Shown in pieces: positions 59,636 to 64,000 of a DNA stretch of 64,000 nt; the stretch's first letter is position 1; the number at the start of each line of letters is the position of its first letter. The translations under genes and the position numbers were made by a program. The DNA is from an uncultured Thermoleophilia bacterium (GTDB lineage: Bacteria; Actinomycetota; Thermoleophilia; UBA2241). Below the pieces are notes generated by a model. It did not search any database, was not told where the DNA came from, and saw only the letters and a program-made list of their open reading frames with translations. The DNA lies in assembly GCA_963713475.1 (NCBI GenBank), contig CAVQLY010000023.1:52909-116908 (forward strand). The letters are read 5' to 3'.

Positions 59636-61423
59636 ATGGAACGCCAGCTCTTCTTCTCCGGAAACGAAGCTATCGCCCACGGCGCCGTCCGCGCCGGGGC
59701 GCGTTTCGCGTGCGGGTACCCCGGCACTCCGTCCACCGAGATCATCGAGGCCACCGCCAGGCTCGAGGGAATCCACAGCGAGTGGTGCGTCAACGAGAAG
59801 GTCGCGCTCGAGACCGCTGTGGGAGCGTCCCTCGCCGGCGTGCGCACCATCGTCACCATGAAGCACGTGGGGCTCAACGTCGCCGCCGACCCGTTCATGA
59901 CCCTGTCGCTCACGGGCGTCAACGCGGGTCTCGTCATCATCTGCGCCGACGACCCCGGGATGCACTCGTCCCAGAACGAGCAGGACAACCGCAACTACGC
60001 GAAGTTCGCCAAGATCCCGATGCTCGAGCCCTCCGACAGCCAGGAGGCCTACGACTTCGTCGCCGAGGCCTTCGCGCTCTCCGAAGAGTTCGACACGCCG
60101 GTGCTGCTGCGGACCACGACGCGGATCTCGCACGGCCGCGGGCAGGTGCTGCCGCGCGTGCCGGTCGAGGTGCTGCCGCGCGACTACGCGCGGGACATCA
60201 GCAAGTACGTCATGGTCCCGCAGTACGCGCGGCAGCGGAACCGGCTCGTCCTCGAGCGGCTCGAGAAGCTGCGGAAGCGCGCGGAAGAGAGCCCGCTCAA
60301 CGTGCTCGAAGCGGGCTCCGCCGACTTCGGCATCATCGCCTCGGGCGTCGCGTATGCCTACGCCCGCGAGGCGTTCCCCAAGGCCTGGTTCCTCAAGCTG
60401 GGCATGTCGCACCCGCTGCCGTACGCCAAGGTCGCGCGCCTCTACGACCATGTCTCCCGCGTCGCCGTCGTCGAGGAGCTGGACCCGTTCTTCGAGGAGC
60501 AGGTGCGCGCCCTCGGCCTCCCCGTGATCGGCAAGGCCGCCATCCCGGCGGACGGAGAGCTCGACCAGGAGACGGTCTTCCGCGCGCTCGAACCCTACGT
60601 GCTGCACAAGCCGCCCCGGCGCCGGCGTCCGGTCATGCCGCCGGCGCCCCGCCTCGCCACGCCTCCGCAGCCGGCGGCGGGCCTGCCCGTCAGGCCGCCG
60701 GTGCTCTGTCCCGGCTGCTCCCACCGCTCCGTCTACTCCGCCTTGCGCAAGCGCCGGCTCGCCCCGATGGGTGACATCGGCTGCTACACGCTCGGCGCGC
60801 TGCCGCCGCTTCTGGCGCTCGACAGCTGCCTCTGCATGGGCGCGAGCATCGGGATGATGGCCGGCTTCAACAAGGCGCTCGGCCGCAAGGCGGCGGTGGG
60901 CGTGATCGGCGACTCCACCTTCTTCCACTCCGGCGTCACGCCGCTCATCGACGCCTTCTACAACGAGGTCGAAGGCATGGTCGTCATCCTCGACAACCGG
61001 ACGACGGCCATGACCGGCCACCAGGGCCACCCCGGCACGGGGCTGCACCCGGACCGCGCCCAGGGCCCGGTGGTCGACATCCAGAAGCTCTGCGAGGGCA
61101 TCGGCGTGCGCTGCGTCACCGTCGACGCGACCGACCACAAGGCACTGGACGCGGCGATCAAGGAAGAAGCCAAGGCGCCGGGACTCGGTGTGCTCATCGC
61201 GCTCGCGCCCTGCGTGCTCATGACACGCGAGCAGGCCGGCGAGGTCGTGGTCGACGATGAGCGCTGCAACCTCTGCGGCGTCTGCGTCGACCTCGGCTGT
61301 CCCGCGATCGCGCCGGGCGAAGACGCGATCTCGGTGCTCGAGACCTGCACCGGCTGCGGCCTGTGCGTGGAGGTGTGCCGCCGCGGGGCGCTCAGCCTCA
61401 CCGGCGCCGAGGACCCGTCGTGA
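59636..61423 (+). CDS. iorA: Indolepyruvate:ferredoxin oxidoreductase, alpha subunit
   Basis: ATG at 59636 lies inside track ORF 59519... Sequence is MERQLFFSGNEAIAHGAVRAGARFACGYPGTPSTEI, with a TPP-binding region (GDSTFFHSG) and a C-terminal 2x[4Fe-4S] segment (CNLCGVCVDLGCP, CTGCGLCVEVC). Confidence 0.9.
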   Translation: MERQLFFSGNEAIAHGAVRAGARFACGYPGTPSTEIIEATARLEGIHSEWCVNEKVALETAVGASLAGVRTIVTMKHVGLNVAADPFMTLSLTGVNAGLVIICADDPGMHSSQNEQDNRNYAKFAKIPMLEPSDSQEAYDFVAEAFALSEEFDTPVLLRTTTRISHGRGQVLPRVPVEVLPRDYARDISKYVMVPQYARQRNRLVLERLEKLRKRAEESPLNVLEAGSADFGIIASGVAYAYAREAFPKAWFLKLGMSHPLPYAKVARLYDHVSRVAVVEELDPFFEEQVRALGLPVIGKAAIPADGELDQETVFRALEPYVLHKPPRRRRPVMPPAPRLATPPQPAAGLPVRPPVLCPGCSHRSVYSALRKRRLAPMGDIGCYTLGALPPLLALDSCLCMGASIGMMAGFNKALGRKAAVGVIGDSTFFHSGVTPLIDAFYNEVEGMVVILDNRTTAMTGHQGHPGTGLHPDRAQGPVVDIQKLCEGIGVRCVTVDATDHKALDAAIKEEAKAPGLGVLIALAPCVLMTREQAGEVVVDDERCNLCGVCVDLGCPAIAPGEDAISVLETCTGCGLCVEVCRRGALSLTGAEDPS

Positions 61424-62016
61424 GCGAGACCACGACCGTCACGCTCGCCGGGGTCGGCGGCCAGGGCATCCTGCTCGGCGCCGCCGTCCTCGCCGAGACG
61501 GCCGCCGGCGCCGGTCTCGAGGTCAAGGCCAGCGAGGTCAAGGGCATGGCGCAGCGCGGCGGCAGCGTCCTCAGCACCGTCCGCTTCGGCGAGCACGTGT
61601 GGTCGCCGGTCGCACCGCACGCCGACGTCGTCATCGCCACCGAGCTCCTGGAGGGCATCCGCGGCCTCGACCTGCTGGGCGCGAGGGGCACCATGGTCTG
61701 TGCGTACACCACCCGCATCACGCCCGGGAGCGTGCTGCGGCGTGAGGAGGACTACCCCGACGACCTGGCCGGCGCGGCCGCGCTGCACGGCGTGCGGCTG
61801 GTCACCCTGGACGCCGAGGGCGTCGCACTGGAGGCCGGCACGCTCCGCGCCGTCAACGTCGCACTGCTGGGCGCCGCCTCCACGGTCCTTCCCTTCAGCC
61901 AAGAACAGTGGCGGCGCGGTCTCGAGATGGCGGTGCCGGCCAAGATCCTCGAAGTCAATCTGCGCGCGTTCGAGCTCGGGCGCGCCGCGGTCGCCAGCCA
62001 GGAGGTCGAGTCGTGA
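61420..62016 (+). CDS. iorB: Indolepyruvate:ferredoxin oxidoreductase, beta subunit
   Basis: GTGA overlap with iorA. Sequence LAGVGGQGILLGAAVLAE..EVKGMAQRGGSV. Confidence 0.85.
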   Translation: MSETTTVTLAGVGGQGILLGAAVLAETAAGAGLEVKASEVKGMAQRGGSVLSTVRFGEHVWSPVAPHADVVIATELLEGIRGLDLLGARGTMVCAYTTRITPGSVLRREEDYPDDLAGAAALHGVRLVTLDAEGVALEAGTLRAVNVALLGAASTVLPFSQEQWRRGLEMAVPAKILEVNLRAFELGRAAVASQEVES

Positions 62017-62426
62017 AGGTCACGCAGCTCACCGTGTTCCTCGAGAACCGCAGCGGTCGTCTGGCCGAAGTCGCCGATATCCTCGGCCAGGCCGGCATCA
62101 ATATCCGCGGGTTCTCCACGACGGAGGCTGCCGAGTACGGCATCGTCCGTCTCATCCTCACCGACCCCGATCGCGCGCGGGCGCTGCTGCACGACGCCGG
62201 CTTCACGACGCACTTCTCGCAGGTGCTCTGCGTCAAGGTCGACGACGTGCCCGGCGGTCTCGCCCAGGTCCTCGACCAGCTCGCCGAGGCCGGCGTCTCC
62301 ATCGACTACCTGTACAGCATCTCCTTCTGGAACATCTGCTTCGCGGTGCGCGACATCGACCGCGCCGTCGAGCTGCTCGAGGGCAAGGTGACGCTGCTCA
62401 GCGACGAGGAGGTGCGGGCCCTGTGA
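62013..62426 (+). CDS. ACT domain-containing protein
   Basis: GTGA overlap with iorB. Sequence VKVTQLTVFLENRSGRLAEVADILGQAGINIRGF plus a second ACT-like half. This is the usual companion of ior/paaK clusters. Confidence 0.8.
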   Translation: MKVTQLTVFLENRSGRLAEVADILGQAGINIRGFSTTEAAEYGIVRLILTDPDRARALLHDAGFTTHFSQVLCVKVDDVPGGLAQVLDQLAEAGVSIDYLYSISFWNICFAVRDIDRAVELLEGKVTLLSDEEVRAL

Positions 62427-63772
62427 CCGCCGCTGCCGAGGAGCACCTGACCAAGGACGCCGCCGGCGGGCTGTACTGGCAGCCGGCCGCCGAGACGCTC
62501 CCGACCCCCAAACTCGGCGAGCTCCAGATCGAGCGGCTCCGCGCGACCCTCCAGAACGCCTACGACCACGTCCCGTTCTACCGCAAGGCGATGGACGAGC
62601 TGGGCGTGAAGCCCGGCGACGTGACCTGCCACGGCGACGTCGCCGACCTGCCCTTCACCACCAAGATCGACCTGCGCGACCACTACCCGTTCGGGATGTT
62701 CGCGAGCCCGCGCGAGGACGTCGTGCGCGTGCACGCCAGCTCCGGGACCACCGGCAACCCGACCACCGTCGGGTACACGCGCGGCGACCTCGAGGTCTGG
62801 GCCGACCTGATCGCCCGGACCCTCGCCGCGGGCGGCGTGGCGCCGGGCGACCTCCTCCAGAACGCGTTCGGCTACGGCCTCTTCACCGGCGGGCTCGGCC
62901 TGCACCTCGGCGCCGAGCGCCTGGGCTGCACCGTCGTGCCCATCTCCGGCGGCAACACCGAGCGGCAGCTCAAGATCATGCGCGACTTCGGCGCCACCGC
63001 CCTGAGCTGCACGCCGTCCTACGCCATGTACCTGGCCGACGCCGCGCGCGACCGCGGGCTGCGGCCGGAGGACCTGCCGCTGCGCGTCGGCTTCCACGGC
63101 GCGGAGCCGTGGACCAACGAGCTCCGCGTGCAGATCGAGGCCGGGCTCGGCGAGGACGCGCTCGACATCTACGGCCTCTCCGAGATGGGCGGCCCCGGCG
63201 TCGGCTACGAGTGTCTCTGCAAGGCCGGCATGCACGTCAACGAGGACCACTACCTCGCCGAGATCATCGACCCCGACACGCTGCGGCCGCTTCCGTATGG
63301 CGAAGTCGGCGAGCTCGTGTTCACGACCCTCAGCCGCGTCGCCCAGCCGCTCATCCGCTACCGCACCCGGGACCTGTGCTCGCTCATCGCCGAGCCGTGC
63401 GCCTGCGGCCGCACCTCGGTGCGCATGAGCAAGCCCATCGGGCGCAGCGACGACATGCTCATCATCAGGGGCGTGAACGTCTTCCCGAGCCAGATCGAAG
63501 AGGTGCTCATGAGCATCCCGTCGATCGAGCCCCACTACCAGATCGTGGTCGACCGCAAGGGCTACCTCGACATCATCGAGGTGTGGGTCGAGGTGGGCGA
63601 GGACCTCTTCGCCGAGACCATGGGCGACCTGGAGCGCTTCCAGCGCAGCGTGCAGGCGCAGATCTACAACGTGCTCAACATCCAGTGTGCGGTGAAGCTC
63701 AAGGAGCCCAAGACGATCCAGCGCTCCGAGGGCAAGGCCGTGCGCGTCGTCGACCGGCGCAAGGCGCTGTAG
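62423..63772 (+). CDS. paaK: Phenylacetate-CoA ligase
   Basis: GTGA overlap with the previous gene. Motifs are VHASSGTTGNPT, YGLSEMGGPGV, RYRTRD, and GRSDDMLIIRGVNVFPSQIE. Confidence 0.9.
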   Translation: MTAAAEEHLTKDAAGGLYWQPAAETLPTPKLGELQIERLRATLQNAYDHVPFYRKAMDELGVKPGDVTCHGDVADLPFTTKIDLRDHYPFGMFASPREDVVRVHASSGTTGNPTTVGYTRGDLEVWADLIARTLAAGGVAPGDLLQNAFGYGLFTGGLGLHLGAERLGCTVVPISGGNTERQLKIMRDFGATALSCTPSYAMYLADAARDRGLRPEDLPLRVGFHGAEPWTNELRVQIEAGLGEDALDIYGLSEMGGPGVGYECLCKAGMHVNEDHYLAEIIDPDTLRPLPYGEVGELVFTTLSRVAQPLIRYRTRDLCSLIAEPCACGRTSVRMSKPIGRSDDMLIIRGVNVFPSQIEEVLMSIPSIEPHYQIVVDRKGYLDIIEVWVEVGEDLFAETMGDLERFQRSVQAQIYNVLNIQCAVKLKEPKTIQRSEGKAVRVVDRRKAL

Positions 63773-63887
63773 GCGGGGGATCCGGACGGCGGCGGGCGGG
63801 GCTGCGCGGCAGCCTCTCCCGCCGCCGTCCTGCGTTCCGGGGCGGCCCGGTTCCCCGGCCGCCCCGGCGGTCGTCTATCCTGTCGGC

Positions 63888-64000
63888 ATGCCGTTCCCGC
63901 TCATCACCCCGAGACTCGCCATCCGGCCGCTGACTGCCGCCGACGGCGCCGACGTCTTCGCCGTCTTCGCCGCGCCGCAGGTCATGCGCTTCTGGAACAG
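63888..64000 (+). CDS. GNAT family N-acetyltransferase (RimJ/RimL-like). Only the N-terminal 37 codons lie within the window.
   Basis: MPFPLITPRLAIRPLTAADGADVFAVFAAPQVMRFWN is a typical N-terminus of Acetyltransf_3 proteins. The ORF runs off the right edge. Confidence 0.55.
   Translation, partial: MPFPLITPRLAIRPLTAADGADVFAVFAAPQVMRFWN

Noticed and set aside
1-64000. CRISPR arrays, IS elements, integrases, prophage or toxin-antitoxin or defence-island signatures.
   Set aside because: No arrays of three or more spaced repeats were seen; the only direct repeats are the two-copy start-region duplications. No ORF translation resembles a transposase, recombinase, Cas, restriction or abortive-infection protein. 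I could only screen by eye.

Overview
High-GC (roughly 70%) bacterial chromosomal segment with actinobacterial-style signals: TANNNT -10 boxes placed just upstream of start codons, many ATGA/GTGA stop-start overlaps, and GGAGG-type RBSs. I can support about 60 protein-coding genes. I found no rRNA, tRNA, CRISPR array, transposase, integrase or phage gene. Most long Arg/Pro/Gly-rich ORFs in the six-frame track are GC-driven shadow frames of real genes.

Content is a mix of envelope, transport, regulatory and catabolic functions:
- tandem MBOAT + SGNH O-acyltransferase modules;
- two non-pyrrolysine MttB-family methyltransferases;
- an iorAB-ACT-paaK aryl-acid operon;
- an NAD salvage pair and a TlpA/CcdA thiol-redox pair;
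- an M6 InhA-like protease;
- MarR, BlaI, Rrf2 and LuxR-type regulators.

The most interesting regions are gene cassettes built from recognisable folds whose catalytic motifs are lost:
1. A leaderless operon of a 99-aa unknown protein, a Roadblock/LC7 protein and a motif-degenerate UDG-fold protein, next to a membrane-anchored degenerate GGDEF protein (57.0-59.4 kb).
2. A CobB/CbiA-like pseudoenzyme translationally coupled to a 555-aa polytopic membrane protein. It diverges from a kinase, receiver, Cys/Arg-rich miniprotein and GGDEF unit through back-to-back -10 boxes (30.6-37.8 kb).
3. The duplicated MBOAT-SGNH modules (11.4-17.1 kb).

Recurrent small-scale oddities:
- two tandem duplications of RBS/start regions that create short uORFs ending in ATGA overlaps;
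- a gene with no canonical start codon (possible ATT start);
- at least four genes with apparent frameshifts, which may reflect either pseudogenisation or assembly indels.

All family calls come from reading the translations. No database search was run.
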